The translations under genes and the position numbers were made by a program. From an uncultured Chloroflexia bacterium (lineage in GTDB: Bacteria; Chloroflexota; Chloroflexia; Thermomicrobiales; UBA6265), in contig CAVRUC010000007.1 of the NCBI GenBank assembly GCA_963724295.1, positions 640,001 through 704,000 of the forward strand: DNA of 64,000 bases, given 5' to 3'. Shown here one piece after another: positions 40,764 through 50,392 of this stretch. The stretch's first letter is position 1. Every line of letters begins with the position of its first letter. A model generated the notes under the pieces. That model was not told where the DNA came from. It saw only the letters and a list, made by a program, of their open reading frames with translations, and ran no database searches.

Positions 40764-42344
40764 CTAACCCTGCGCTCGGTACTCACCAAATTGAGAGCGC
40801 AAGGTGTCGACAACCTGGCCGAGCGTTGCCCCGGCGCGCAGCGCTTCTCGCATCGGCGGCAGCAGGTTTCCCCCGGAACTGACCGTCGCCGTCACCTCGG
40901 ACAGGGTCCGGGCGACGGCAGTTCGGTCTTGAGCGGACTTGTGGTCCCGCACGCGCTCCACCTGCCGGCGCACCGCGCCCTCGTCGATCACCTGCAAGGG
41001 AACGTCGACGCTCTCCTCTTCGGCGTAGCGATTGACTCCGACGACGATCTCGTCGCCGCGTTCGCGGCCGATCTCGCGCCGGAAGGCGTTTTCGGCAATC
41101 GCATTCTGCACGAATCCGTTTTCGATCGCGACGACCGCGCCGCCGCGCTCCTCGACCTGGCGCAGCCACTCGCATGCCCGCTCTTCGACCTCGTCGGTCA
41201 GGCGCTCGACGAAATACGAACCAGCGAGCGGGTCAGCGGTGCGGGGAACCCCCGTCTCGTCCGCCAGGATCTGTTGCGTCCGCAGCGCGAGCGTCGCCGC
41301 GTCCTGGGTCGGCAGTCCCAGCGCTTCGTCGTACGAGTTCGTGTGCAGACTCTGGGTGCCACCCAGTACCGCGGACAGCGCCTGATAGGCCACGCGCACG
41401 ACGTTGTTCAGTGGCTGCTGCGCGGTCAGCGTGACGCCCCCGGTCTGGGTATGGAAGCGCACCATCTCCGATCGCGGATCCCGCGGCGCATAGCGCTCGC
41501 GCATGAGCCGAGCCCAGAGACGGCGCGCGGCGCGAAACTTGGCGACCTCTTCGAAGAGATCGGAATGAGCGGAGAAGAAAAAGCTCATTCGCGGCGCGAC
41601 CTGATCGATGCTCAGTCCCGCGCCAAGCGCCGCCTCGATGTATGCCAGCCCGTTGGCGACGGTGAAGGCTATCTCCTGGGCAGCAGAGGAACCCGCCTCG
41701 CGCATGTGGTAGCCCGAAACGGAGATCGTATTCCACACCGGCAGTCGCTCCGCACAGTAGGCGAAGGTATCGGTCACCAACCGCATCGACGGGCGCGGCG
41801 GAAAGATGTAGGTACCACGCGCGGCATACTCCTTCAGGATGTCGTTCTGGATAGTCCCGCCCAGCGACGTCGGATCGACGCCCCGCTCCTCAGCCACGAT
41901 CTCGTACATCAGTAACAGCAGCGCGGCGGGGGCGTTGATCGTCATCGAGGTGGTGACGGCGCCCTGGTCGATGTTATCGAAGAGCCGGCGCATGTCGTCG
42001 ACGGTCGAGATCGGCACGCCGACGCGTCCGACCTCGCCCCAGGCGCGCTCGTCGTCCGAGTCGAGACCAAGCTGCGTCGGCAAGTCGAAGGCGACGCTCA
42101 GCCCGGTGGTTCCCCGCTCCAGCAGGAGTCGGTAGCGGGCGTTACTCTCCTCGACTGAAGAGAATCCGGCGTACTGGCGCATCGTCCATCGCCGGCCGCG
42201 GTACATCGTCGGATAGATGCCGCGGGTGTAGGGAAAACACCCCGGATCGGGTTCCGGCGCATCTCGATCGCTCTCCCGATAGACAGGAGCGATGGCGATC
42301 CCCGAGTCGGTCACGATCTCGTCGTTTACGGCAGCCATGCGCAT
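40764..42344 (-). CDS. Methylmalonyl-CoA mutase, substrate-binding (N-terminal) subunit
   Basis: PYTRGIYPTMY, RQYAGF, AFDLPTQ, QNDILKEY, GGTQSLHTN; no DxHxxG B12-binding domain. Confidence 0.93.
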   Translation of the reverse strand: MRMAAVNDEIVTDSGIAIAPVYRESDRDAPEPDPGCFPYTRGIYPTMYRGRRWTMRQYAGFSSVEESNARYRLLLERGTTGLSVAFDLPTQLGLDSDDERAWGEVGRVGVPISTVDDMRRLFDNIDQGAVTTSMTINAPAALLLLMYEIVAEERGVDPTSLGGTIQNDILKEYAARGTYIFPPRPSMRLVTDTFAYCAERLPVWNTISVSGYHMREAGSSAAQEIAFTVANGLAYIEAALGAGLSIDQVAPRMSFFFSAHSDLFEEVAKFRAARRLWARLMRERYAPRDPRSEMVRFHTQTGGVTLTAQQPLNNVVRVAYQALSAVLGGTQSLHTNSYDEALGLPTQDAATLALRTQQILADETGVPRTADPLAGSYFVERLTDEVEERACEWLRQVEERGGAVVAIENGFVQNAIAENAFRREIGRERGDEIVVGVNRYAEEESVDVPLQVIDEGAVRRQVERVRDHKSAQDRTAVARTLSEVTATVSSGGNLLPPMREALRAGATLGQVVDTLRSQFGEYRAQG

Positions 42345-42431
42345 GTCGCCTCGGGCGTTCGTGGTCAACAGGCCGCGGCAAGAGTGGTGCGGCCGGCCCT
42401 AGGCGACCGCCTCCGGAGCACGGACCAACCC

Positions 42432-42860
42432 CTACTCCTGGACAAGCTCCGTCAGCACCCCGGCGCACGATTCAGGATGGACAAAAGCGATCCGCCATCC
42501 GTGCGCGCCGACGCGAGGCGCCGCATCGATCAAGCGGATGCCCGCCGCCTGCAACGCAACCAGAGCGGCTCGCAGATCCGGCACGGCGTACGCGACATGA
42601 TGCACTCCCTCACCGCGCTTGGCCAGGTACCGCGCGATCGGACCCTCCGGATCTGTCGGGCGAATCAGTTCGATCCAGCCTGTTCCGGAGCGAACCGTCG
42701 CGACCTCGACCGCCTGCTCGACAAGCACAAACCGTTCGCCTCCGGAAAAACCGAGCGCTCGGTAACGCGCCAGTGCCTCATCGAGGTCGGCAACGACAAC
42801 CGCGACATGATGCAGCATGGGATTGATGTGCGGCGACAAGGTGAGATCGGGACTGGTCAC
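42432..42860 (-). CDS. mce: Methylmalonyl-CoA epimerase
   Basis: HHVAVVV, IELI.P, GEGVHHVAY, FVHP...GVLTEL; adjacent to the mutase. Confidence 0.92.
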   Translation of the reverse strand: MTSPDLTLSPHINPMLHHVAVVVADLDEALARYRALGFSGGERFVLVEQAVEVATVRSGTGWIELIRPTDPEGPIARYLAKRGEGVHHVAYAVPDLRAALVALQAAGIRLIDAAPRVGAHGWRIAFVHPESCAGVLTELVQE

Positions 42861-45679
42861 TAGTCCGCGGCGATGGGAACGGATTGTCCGTAGTCCGGTG
42901 GCTCCGGGAAGGCCGCCGAGTCAGCAAGGACGGGGAGATCCGTCTGCATCGGGTCGGCGTCCTCACGCATCACCAGACCACGTTTGCGCCGGCCGGTCAT
43001 CTCGAAGTACGCGCGGAGCACGCGGTCGGCGACAGGAACCGCGTAGGCCGACCCTTCTCCGCCGTCCTCGACGATGACGGTAATAGCGATCTCCGGATCA
43101 TCGAACGGCGCGAAGCAGGTGAACCAGGCGTGCTGGCGATCGTACAGGCCATTTTCGTCGGCCTGACCGATTTCCGCTGTTCCGGTTTTGCCGCCGATGT
43201 AGATCTGCTCTTCGTTGTCCGGATTCGTCATCGGCCACTTGGTCTGCAGACCACCGGCGTGGCGAGCCGTGCCTGACGGACCGTGAACGACTCGGCGCAT
43301 GCCTTCGCGCGCGACCTCCAGATGGGCCTTGCCGATGCCGACTTCGCGCTGAACGGTCGGCTTGACGTCGACGCCCGCGGACGGTCGACCCTCAAATGCC
43401 TCACGCACGAGCCGCGGCTTGAGAATCTTGCCGCGATTGGCAAAGGCCGCGGTATTCAAGGCGAGCTGGAGTGGCGTCGTCAGGAAGAACCCCTGGCCGA
43501 TCGACACGTTGATGGTGTCTCCGACTGACCACCCTGTACCCTGGAAGGTGCGCGCTCGCCATTCGGCGTCCGGCACCACACCCGGGGCTTCGGTTGGCAG
43601 CTCGATGCCCGTCTGCTCACCAAACCAGAAGCGCTCGGTCAGGTTCTTCTTGATCAACTGGATGCCGAGTCCCTCGAAATAGTGCTTCTCGCCCAGCGTA
43701 TTTGCCGCAACATCCTTGTCCCGGTAGTGCAGATATTCGCTTTTGCTCTCGTCAATTGGTTGCCGGGGGGCGCCAACGTTGTAGAAAAACACGTCGCACG
43801 ACTGCTCGATCGCGTTGTAGACGTCGAGCGGCCCGTGCCCACCGAGCTTCCAGGACCAACACGGGTGGGTATTACCCTTGGACTCATCCCAGGCGAACGG
43901 CACCTGGATGGCGCCGGTGCAGGTGTAGGTCTTTTCCAGCGTGAGCTTGCCTTCGTGGAGCGCCGCCGCCGCCAGAAACGGTTTGATCGTGGAGCCCGCC
44001 GGATATTCGCCGCGCAGCGCCCGGTCCACCAGCGGTTTGTTGGCCTCCTCGCTGGCATATTCCAGGTATTTCCGCTGCGAGATGCCGTCGACGAAGAGCT
44101 GGTTGTCGTAATGCGGGAAGCTGACCATCGCCAGCACCTCGCCGGTCCGCGGATCGAGGGCGACAACCGCACCGGCGCCCGATTCCTGCTTCACCCGCCG
44201 CGTGGGGTCCGCGCGCTCGATTGCATGGCGATCGGCATTCGAGTATGCGATTCCGGCACGAAGAATCTCGCTCGCGGCGCGTTGCAGCTCGAGGTCGATC
44301 GTCAGCGCCACGTTCTTGCCGGGTTTGGGGTCGATCGTCGACCCCGGAACCACCCGCCACGACGAGCCGCTCGCGTCCATCTCGATGAGGCGACGACCGC
44401 GCTCACCGCGGAGTGTCGACTCCAGGTCGAGCTCTAAACCATCTTTGCCAATCGAGTCATTTGGGTCATAGACCGCGTATCCCAGCTCGTCCTGGTTGCG
44501 CGGGTTGTCGAGCTCGCGTTGGCTCACCTGGCCTACGTATCCGAGGATGTGCGACATCGCCTCCCCCCCCGGGTAGCGACGGATCAGCACGCCATCCTCG
44601 AGCTCGACGCCAGGCAGATAGAGCTTGTTCGCCTCCAGCTTGAGGGCCGTCTCCCGGGGCACACCCTTCTTGACGACGATCCGCTCCTGGTAGCGACCGT
44701 TCTCGACCATGTAATCGAGCTGGTTCATGACCTTGACACCCGGGACTTCGTTGAGATGGGCGCGACAGAGCGCCGCCTGGTCAGTCGTCAGGTCGTCTTC
44801 CAGGCGGACGAGGAAGTTCTGCGCCATCTCCGATTCGATGTAATCCGTCCAGGCTCGCAGCGCGTCTTCGCCGAGTGCCTTGACGACGCTGTCCATGGTG
44901 CTCTGGTCGCCCAGGGTGCCAATGGCGCGATCGACTCGCCCGGCAAGTCGGCTGTCCGACGACAGCAACACTGACTGCACGTTTCCAGATGACACAAACT
45001 TGGGAGGCACTGGCCAGTTGACGACCTCACCCGCAATGAGCCGGCCATCCGCTGAGATACGCGCGGAATCGGATTTCCGGGACGTTGCGTCTGGATAGAC
45101 GAAGACTTGAAGATCGTTGCCATTGACTCGCACGACCTGACCCGGAACCCTGAAGAAGGGATGCAAGACAGTCTGATCAGTTTGCTCGACAGTCAGCGTT
45201 TTCCCAAGAAGTTGGGCCGTGCGCACGTAAACGGTCTCCAGCGCGCCGGCGGGAACGTCACGGGGGTCGAGGATGAGCGCGTCCGGGAGGCTCAACGCGT
45301 TGATGATCTGGTCGAGCACGCCGCGTCGAGTGACGGGATCGACCGGGAGCTCCTGTGGCAGGAGGCGGACCTCCCATGTCTCCCGGTTGACGGCAAGTTC
45401 CCGGTGCTTGCGGTCGTAAACAATGCCTCGGGTTGGCTTCAGGGTCTCGTCCTCGGTGATGTTCCGGACCGCTTCGGACCGATAGTGCTCCCCTTCCAGG
45501 ACCTGCATGTACCCAAGCCGGCCGGCAAGAACGGAAAATGCCGCCGCAATCGCGCCCCGGCTGAGCAGCATGCGCCGCGTCATCCTCGCCTGCTCGGGTC
45601 GAGTTGGAGTCCCGGAGCGGCGTTTGCGGCCGGAACGAAGGTGTGGCGGATCGTAGGGAATGCGCTTGTTGCGACCCAT
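42860..45679 (-). CDS. mrdA: Class B penicillin-binding protein 2 (939 aa, with an inserted domain)
   Basis: RG...DR, R.YP.G, GKDGLE, STIK (SxxK), SCD, KTGT; follows mreD. Confidence 0.9.
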   Translation of the reverse strand: MGRNKRIPYDPPHLRSGRKRRSGTPTRPEQARMTRRMLLSRGAIAAAFSVLAGRLGYMQVLEGEHYRSEAVRNITEDETLKPTRGIVYDRKHRELAVNRETWEVRLLPQELPVDPVTRRGVLDQIINALSLPDALILDPRDVPAGALETVYVRTAQLLGKTLTVEQTDQTVLHPFFRVPGQVVRVNGNDLQVFVYPDATSRKSDSARISADGRLIAGEVVNWPVPPKFVSSGNVQSVLLSSDSRLAGRVDRAIGTLGDQSTMDSVVKALGEDALRAWTDYIESEMAQNFLVRLEDDLTTDQAALCRAHLNEVPGVKVMNQLDYMVENGRYQERIVVKKGVPRETALKLEANKLYLPGVELEDGVLIRRYPGGEAMSHILGYVGQVSQRELDNPRNQDELGYAVYDPNDSIGKDGLELDLESTLRGERGRRLIEMDASGSSWRVVPGSTIDPKPGKNVALTIDLELQRAASEILRAGIAYSNADRHAIERADPTRRVKQESGAGAVVALDPRTGEVLAMVSFPHYDNQLFVDGISQRKYLEYASEEANKPLVDRALRGEYPAGSTIKPFLAAAALHEGKLTLEKTYTCTGAIQVPFAWDESKGNTHPCWSWKLGGHGPLDVYNAIEQSCDVFFYNVGAPRQPIDESKSEYLHYRDKDVAANTLGEKHYFEGLGIQLIKKNLTERFWFGEQTGIELPTEAPGVVPDAEWRARTFQGTGWSVGDTINVSIGQGFFLTTPLQLALNTAAFANRGKILKPRLVREAFEGRPSAGVDVKPTVQREVGIGKAHLEVAREGMRRVVHGPSGTARHAGGLQTKWPMTNPDNEEQIYIGGKTGTAEIGQADENGLYDRQHAWFTCFAPFDDPEIAITVIVEDGGEGSAYAVPVADRVLRAYFEMTGRRKRGLVMREDADPMQTDLPVLADSAAFPEPPDYGQSVPIAAD

Positions 45680-46170
45680 TACGTTCGCTCAGGTTCCATG
45701 CGCTGCAGCCACCCGATAAGCCCATACACCGGGGGCACCAGCAACGCATTCAAGAGCGCTTGCAATACCGTCACTCGCCCCAGCATTTGGGATACATCCC
45801 CACCTTCTCCGAGGAGCCCGCGCAATGCGAGCAACGTTCCGACATACAGAAACGTTGCCACAATGGCCAACACCATCGGAAAGACCAGCGCGCTGTGAAA
45901 GAAACGCCCCCTTGACAGGCCGCCGAGCAGCGCAACGGGGAGCAACGCGAGCGCGTTCGCGCCGAGCCGGTCCAGACCGAGAACGTCGAGCACAAAACCG
46001 GCGACCAACACCCATGCCAGTGCTTCCGGAATCCCGCGGTAGGCGCTCCACGCCAGGAGCAACACGACGACCAGGCCGGGGGTTACCGCCAGGAGCTGCC
46101 ACCGTGGAAGCAACGCGGTTTGCAGCAAGGCGGCAACGATCAGGAGCACTCCGAACAGGGGACGCGTCAC
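45679..46170 (-). CDS. mreD: Rod shape-determining protein MreD
   Basis: 163 aa polytopic membrane protein with G...D; translationally coupled to the PBP2 gene. Confidence 0.85.
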   Translation of the reverse strand: MTRPLFGVLLIVAALLQTALLPRWQLLAVTPGLVVVLLLAWSAYRGIPEALAWVLVAGFVLDVLGLDRLGANALALLPVALLGGLSRGRFFHSALVFPMVLAIVATFLYVGTLLALRGLLGEGGDVSQMLGRVTVLQALLNALLVPPVYGLIGWLQRMEPERT

Positions 46171-46338
46171 GCGTCAGTCGCCCTCCCCACCTGCGGCAAC
46201 ACCATGCCCAGTGTCCCTCAACACCGAGCGGCCGCACTCACCGCGGATTCCTCCAGGCGGTCATTGCCATAATAGCAGAGCGCACCTCAACGTGGTGTAC
46301 GGACACCAGCGGGCGACGGCCCGGGGCCGGTGGCGAAC

Positions 46339-47619
46339 CTAGCGCAGCGCGGCTTCGATCAGGTCGGCGGCACGCCGGGAACCCCGCTCCCGGGAAACCT
46401 CCCGCGAGACCCGGAGCGCGGCCATACGCGGCATCGGGTCATCCATCATGCGGGACAGCTCGCGTGCGACGACACCCGCACGGTACCGCCCGCGCGAAAC
46501 GACGCGCGCCACGCCGAGGCGACTGGCCCGCCAGGCGTTATCAGCCTGGTCATGCCCATACGGCATGATGAGCATCGGCTTCCCGGCCAGCAATGTTTCC
46601 GACAAGGTCCCGATACCCCCTTGATGAACGATCGCGCGCGCGAATGGAAAGACGAGCTCATGCGGCGCATACGAAACGGTGATCGCGTCGGGTGAGATGT
46701 CTGCATCGCGCTCCCGATCGCCACGACCGACGAAGAAAATCGCCCGTTGTCCGAGTCGCTGGACGGCCGCGGCGCTCTCCTCGAAGAACGACCCGGGATC
46801 ATTGATCGCGGTCGTCCCCAGGGTGAACACGAGTGGTGGCTCGCCATGGTCCAGGAACCGGCGCAGCTTTGGTTCGAGCAATTGGCGCGGAGGCCGATAG
46901 TACGGGAACCCGGTTATGCGCGCCTGAGGTGGCCAATCGGGCTGCGGTTCACCAAGCACCCGTGGAAAGAGCCCGAGGGAGCGAACGGGAGAGTGCTGCC
47001 CTTCCCAGAGCGGGTGATCCTGCACCGGGGCCAAGCCGAGCTCAGCGCGCAGGTCGTGCCACTCGCCGGCCCAGGTATCGGTGAGCCGGCGCGCCAGCTT
47101 CAGCACGGGGCGGGCGGCCCCTGGTCCGAGCCGGCGGAGAACGTGCGAGATCGCGCGCGGTCCGATGAGCGGCGGCTCGTACGCGGAGAGATAGCCCATT
47201 GGCTGCATGACTGCCGAAATCCAGGGCAGACCGCGGCCCTCCGCGGCAAGCCGCGCGGCGCTTGCCAGCGTGTGGGCAACCACCACATCCGCTCCCTCTA
47301 CTGCGCTGAGCAGGTCTTCGAATGACTCCCGCAACGACGGCAGAAACATCGCGCGGAAGACGGCGGCCGGGGTTGCTCGATCGCGAATCACGCGATCCAG
47401 AAAATCGGGGTCCTGCTGGTCTGGCGACCGATCGGGCCGCACCGGGGCAAACTCAAGACCCGCGGCAGCAACGTGACCACGATAGAGCGCGCTGGTCGCC
47501 ACGACGGTCTGGTGACCACGAGCCCGCAGTTCGGCGCCAATGGCGAGGAATGGATAGAGATCCCCCGGGGAGCCGAACGTGGCAAGCACGATGCGTTTCG
47601 CCGGCGTGTCGCGTGCCAT
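46339..47619 (-). CDS. GT1-family UDP-glycosyltransferase
   Basis: FGSPGDLYP, HQGGIGT, PYGHDQADNA. Confidence 0.9.
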   Translation of the reverse strand: MARDTPAKRIVLATFGSPGDLYPFLAIGAELRARGHQTVVATSALYRGHVAAAGLEFAPVRPDRSPDQQDPDFLDRVIRDRATPAAVFRAMFLPSLRESFEDLLSAVEGADVVVAHTLASAARLAAEGRGLPWISAVMQPMGYLSAYEPPLIGPRAISHVLRRLGPGAARPVLKLARRLTDTWAGEWHDLRAELGLAPVQDHPLWEGQHSPVRSLGLFPRVLGEPQPDWPPQARITGFPYYRPPRQLLEPKLRRFLDHGEPPLVFTLGTTAINDPGSFFEESAAAVQRLGQRAIFFVGRGDRERDADISPDAITVSYAPHELVFPFARAIVHQGGIGTLSETLLAGKPMLIMPYGHDQADNAWRASRLGVARVVSRGRYRAGVVARELSRMMDDPMPRMAALRVSREVSRERGSRRAADLIEAALR

Positions 47620-47808
47620 ACGCGGCAGGGTACCCGACCCCGACGACGCGGCGGTTCACGTGCCGGCCCCTGACTCGCGGTGCTGGCTGGCGGCAATGTC
47701 GCGCCAGCGGTGGAGTGGCGACGCTCCTGTGCCAGAATGACGCTGTCCAAATCGCGCCGCCCGCAGCGTGCGTCCGGCTAGCGCCACAACCCCGGAGTCG
47801 ACGATCCC

Positions 47809-49215
47809 GTGACAGACGCCAATGACGAGCTGAGCCGAGATGACCGGCAGCGAGCGGCCTCACTGTTCAAGGCCTACGACGTGCGCGGGATCGTGCCGCG
47901 GGAGCTGACCCCCGCCCTGGCCCGGGAAATCGGACGGGCGCTGGTAGCCACGATCCAGCCGGATACCGTCGTCGTTGGTCGCGATATGCGGGTCTCCAGC
48001 CCGCTCCTGGCGGCGGCGCTCATCGAAGGCATCCGGGATGCCGGCGCGGATGTGGTCGACGTCGGCATGGTCTCGACCGACGCCCTCTCATTCGCGATCG
48101 GCAAGTACGGCTATCCAGCCGGGGTGATGGTCACCGCATCACACAATCCCCCCGAGTACAACGGGTTCAAGATCGCGCGGGAGGAAGCGCGGGCGCTGTC
48201 GCTGGACGAAGGTCTCGACGAGATACGAGACCATGTCATCAACGACGATTTGCCCCCGATCAAGCCAGCAGCCGAGCGGGGCCGGCTAACTGAGCGGGAC
48301 ATCCTCGACGACTACACGTCCCACATGGTGAGCCTGATTGATCGTGACAAGCTGCGCCCACTACGCATCGCGATCGACGCCGGAAATGGCATGGCGGGCA
48401 TCACCGTGCCACGCGTCTTTCGCGATCTTCCGGTTCAGGTCACTCCAATGTATTTCGAGCCGGACGGCACATTTCCGAACCACCCGGCCAATCCCATCGA
48501 ACCAGAAAATATCGCCGAGCTGCGCAAGGTTGTTATCGAGAATGGGTACGACCTGGGCGCCGCGTTCGATGGTGACGCCGACCGGGTCTTTCTCGTCGAC
48601 GAGAAGGGCGATGCCGTCGGCGGCGATATCCTCACCTCGATGGTCGCGTCACGCATGCTCGAGCGCAACCCCGGCGCAGCGATCGTCTACAACCTCATCT
48701 CCTCCCGCGGCGTGCCTGAGACGATTGCCGCCCAGGGCGGGCGACCGATCCGGTCTCGTGTCGGTCACTCCTACATCAAGGAGACGATGCGGAAGGAAGA
48801 TGCCGTATTTGGCGGCGAGCATTCGGGGCACTTCTATTTTCGCGATAACTGGTACGCCGATAGCGGCATGGCCGCGCTGCTGTTTGCCCTGGAAGCGGTC
48901 TCTGAGGCCGACCGGCCACTTTCGGCGGTGATCGCGCCGCTGGATCATCGTTTTCGCTCCGGTGAGATCAACTCGGAAGTCGGGGACGCGGCGGCGGTGA
49001 TGCGCTCGATCGAGGAGCACTACCGGGCCGAAGGCGCTGAGATTGATCACCTTGATGGCGTGACGGTCAGCTTTCCAACCTGGTGGTTCAACGTCCGGGC
49101 TTCCAACACACAACCCCTGCTGCGCCTCAACGTCGAAGTCGACGAACGAGAAATGCTCGAGCAGAAGACCGCGGAGGTGCTCGCCATGATCCGCGGCACG
49201 GCAGACCACCAGTGA
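47809..49215 (+). CDS. manB: Phosphomannomutase/phosphoglucomutase
   Basis: FKAYDVRG, TASHNP, FDGDADR, GEHSGH, RASNTQP. Confidence 0.93.
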   Translation: MTDANDELSRDDRQRAASLFKAYDVRGIVPRELTPALAREIGRALVATIQPDTVVVGRDMRVSSPLLAAALIEGIRDAGADVVDVGMVSTDALSFAIGKYGYPAGVMVTASHNPPEYNGFKIAREEARALSLDEGLDEIRDHVINDDLPPIKPAAERGRLTERDILDDYTSHMVSLIDRDKLRPLRIAIDAGNGMAGITVPRVFRDLPVQVTPMYFEPDGTFPNHPANPIEPENIAELRKVVIENGYDLGAAFDGDADRVFLVDEKGDAVGGDILTSMVASRMLERNPGAAIVYNLISSRGVPETIAAQGGRPIRSRVGHSYIKETMRKEDAVFGGEHSGHFYFRDNWYADSGMAALLFALEAVSEADRPLSAVIAPLDHRFRSGEINSEVGDAAAVMRSIEEHYRAEGAEIDHLDGVTVSFPTWWFNVRASNTQPLLRLNVEVDEREMLEQKTAEVLAMIRGTADHQ

Positions 49216-49988
49216 CAGATCGAGATGAGGAGCGGCGTCAGCTCCAAACCGTCAACTGGTCGGAGCTGCCCTCTGGAACCGTTTTGACCATCGTGAAATT
49301 GGCGCCCGATGGCTCAGAGGCGGCGCGATACCAAGGCGAGGTCGTCGGCCACCACCAGGACTCATGGCTTCTCGTCCAGGCGACCTGGACCAACCGCACG
49401 ATCGAGCTCGGAGGGCTCTCATTCTGCCCGGGTGACGAGATCCTGGAGTGGTTCTCACCTCGGCACGCGTTCAACGCGTTTGCCGTCTTCTCGATACACG
49501 ACGGCTTCGCGTTCAAGGGGTGGTACGCGAACGTAGCCTATCCGGCTCGGCTGGACGCCACCACGAATCCGCCGGTCCTGTTCTGGCACGATCTCTACCT
49601 CGACCTGGTGGGGTTGCCCGATGGATCGTTCACACTCCGCGACGAGGACGAGCTCCTCGCCTCCGGGCTGGCTGACGCCAACTCTGAATTGCACGCGCGC
49701 ATTCTCGAGGCCCGCTCGGAGCTGATCCGCCGGTTCCAACGTCGGCTTTCACCGTTCGCCGACATGTCCGCGATGACTCCTTCCCAGGTCCGTGACCAGC
49801 AAAATGTGCTCACGCGGGAATCGATGCATCCAAAACCGGTACGGTTTTCGTACACCCCCATTGACACACCCCCCCAACCGGTGGTAACTTGCTCGTGGGT
49901 CGCAGGAAGGATGACAGCTGCGGACCGGCTGACATTGCGGCTCAGGGTCGGGTTGAGTGGCCTTAGGTGGGCACAAGGGAGGGCATAA
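49212..49988 (+). CDS. DUF402 family protein; the last ~65 codons may be spurious
   Basis: GTG overlaps the manB stop; KGWYANV, DLYLDL, DEDE. Confidence 0.8.
   Translation: MTDRDEERRQLQTVNWSELPSGTVLTIVKLAPDGSEAARYQGEVVGHHQDSWLLVQATWTNRTIELGGLSFCPGDEILEWFSPRHAFNAFAVFSIHDGFAFKGWYANVAYPARLDATTNPPVLFWHDLYLDLVGLPDGSFTLRDEDELLASGLADANSELHARILEARSELIRRFQRRLSPFADMSAMTPSQVRDQQNVLTRESMHPKPVRFSYTPIDTPPQPVVTCSWVAGRMTAADRLTLRLRVGLSGLRWAQGRA
49861..49890 (+). promoter_or_regulatory. Strong sigma70-type promoter for the 86-aa protein
   Basis: TTGACA-N18-TAACTT with extended -10 TG. Confidence 0.65.
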
Positions 49989-49992
49989 CATC

Positions 49993-50253
49993 ATGCAGTT
50001 CACGGATACCGCTTCTGCTGGTAACGGCGGCGTTGCTACCGCTTCCGCCAATGGCGGCGCGGTCGCAATCGGCGACGTCAACAGCGGCGGCAATGCCGGC
50101 AACGCCATCGGCGTTGGCGACACCTGGGGCGGCTCGGTCGGCGTCGATGGCGGCACCGTCGCCAACAGCACCCAGCTGAGCATCTCCGCCAATGGCGGCA
50201 CCGCGATCGCGGACGCCTCCGGTGGCGATTACAACCTCGCCTTCGTTAGCTAG
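49993..50253 (+). CDS. 86-aa Gly/Asn/Ala-rich repeat protein ending GGDYNLAFVS
   Basis: GGGAGG RBS, ATG 49993, own promoter and terminator, internal SANGG repeats. Confidence 0.85.
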   Translation: MQFTDTASAGNGGVATASANGGAVAIGDVNSGGNAGNAIGVGDTWGGSVGVDGGTVANSTQLSISANGGTAIADASGGDYNLAFVS

Positions 50254-50294
50254 GGCGTTGCTGTTCGCGAGCTAAGCTCGCAAGCTGAATCAGA

Positions 50295-50329
50295 AAAGCG
50301 GGGAGGGCGATGCCCTCCCCGCTTTCTTT
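50295..50329 (+). terminator. Intrinsic terminator (possibly bidirectional)
   Basis: AAAGCGGGGAGGGC-GAT-GCCCTCCCCGCTTT-CTTT. Confidence 0.9.
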
Positions 50330-50392
50330 GTATGATGCGCCTATGCCGATTGCCGACGATGCGCAGCTAAAGTCCTGGATCCGGGTCCCCGC

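Noticed and set aside
42345..42431. Cobalamin riboswitch upstream of the mutase
   Set aside because: The gap is under 90 bp and no B12-box is recognisable
49993..50253. RiPP precursor with a double-glycine leader
   Set aside because: GG occurs seven times as periodic turns, there is no Cys or recognisable leader, and no peptidase-ABC transporter, radical SAM, YcaO or lanthipeptide enzyme is nearby; not fully excluded
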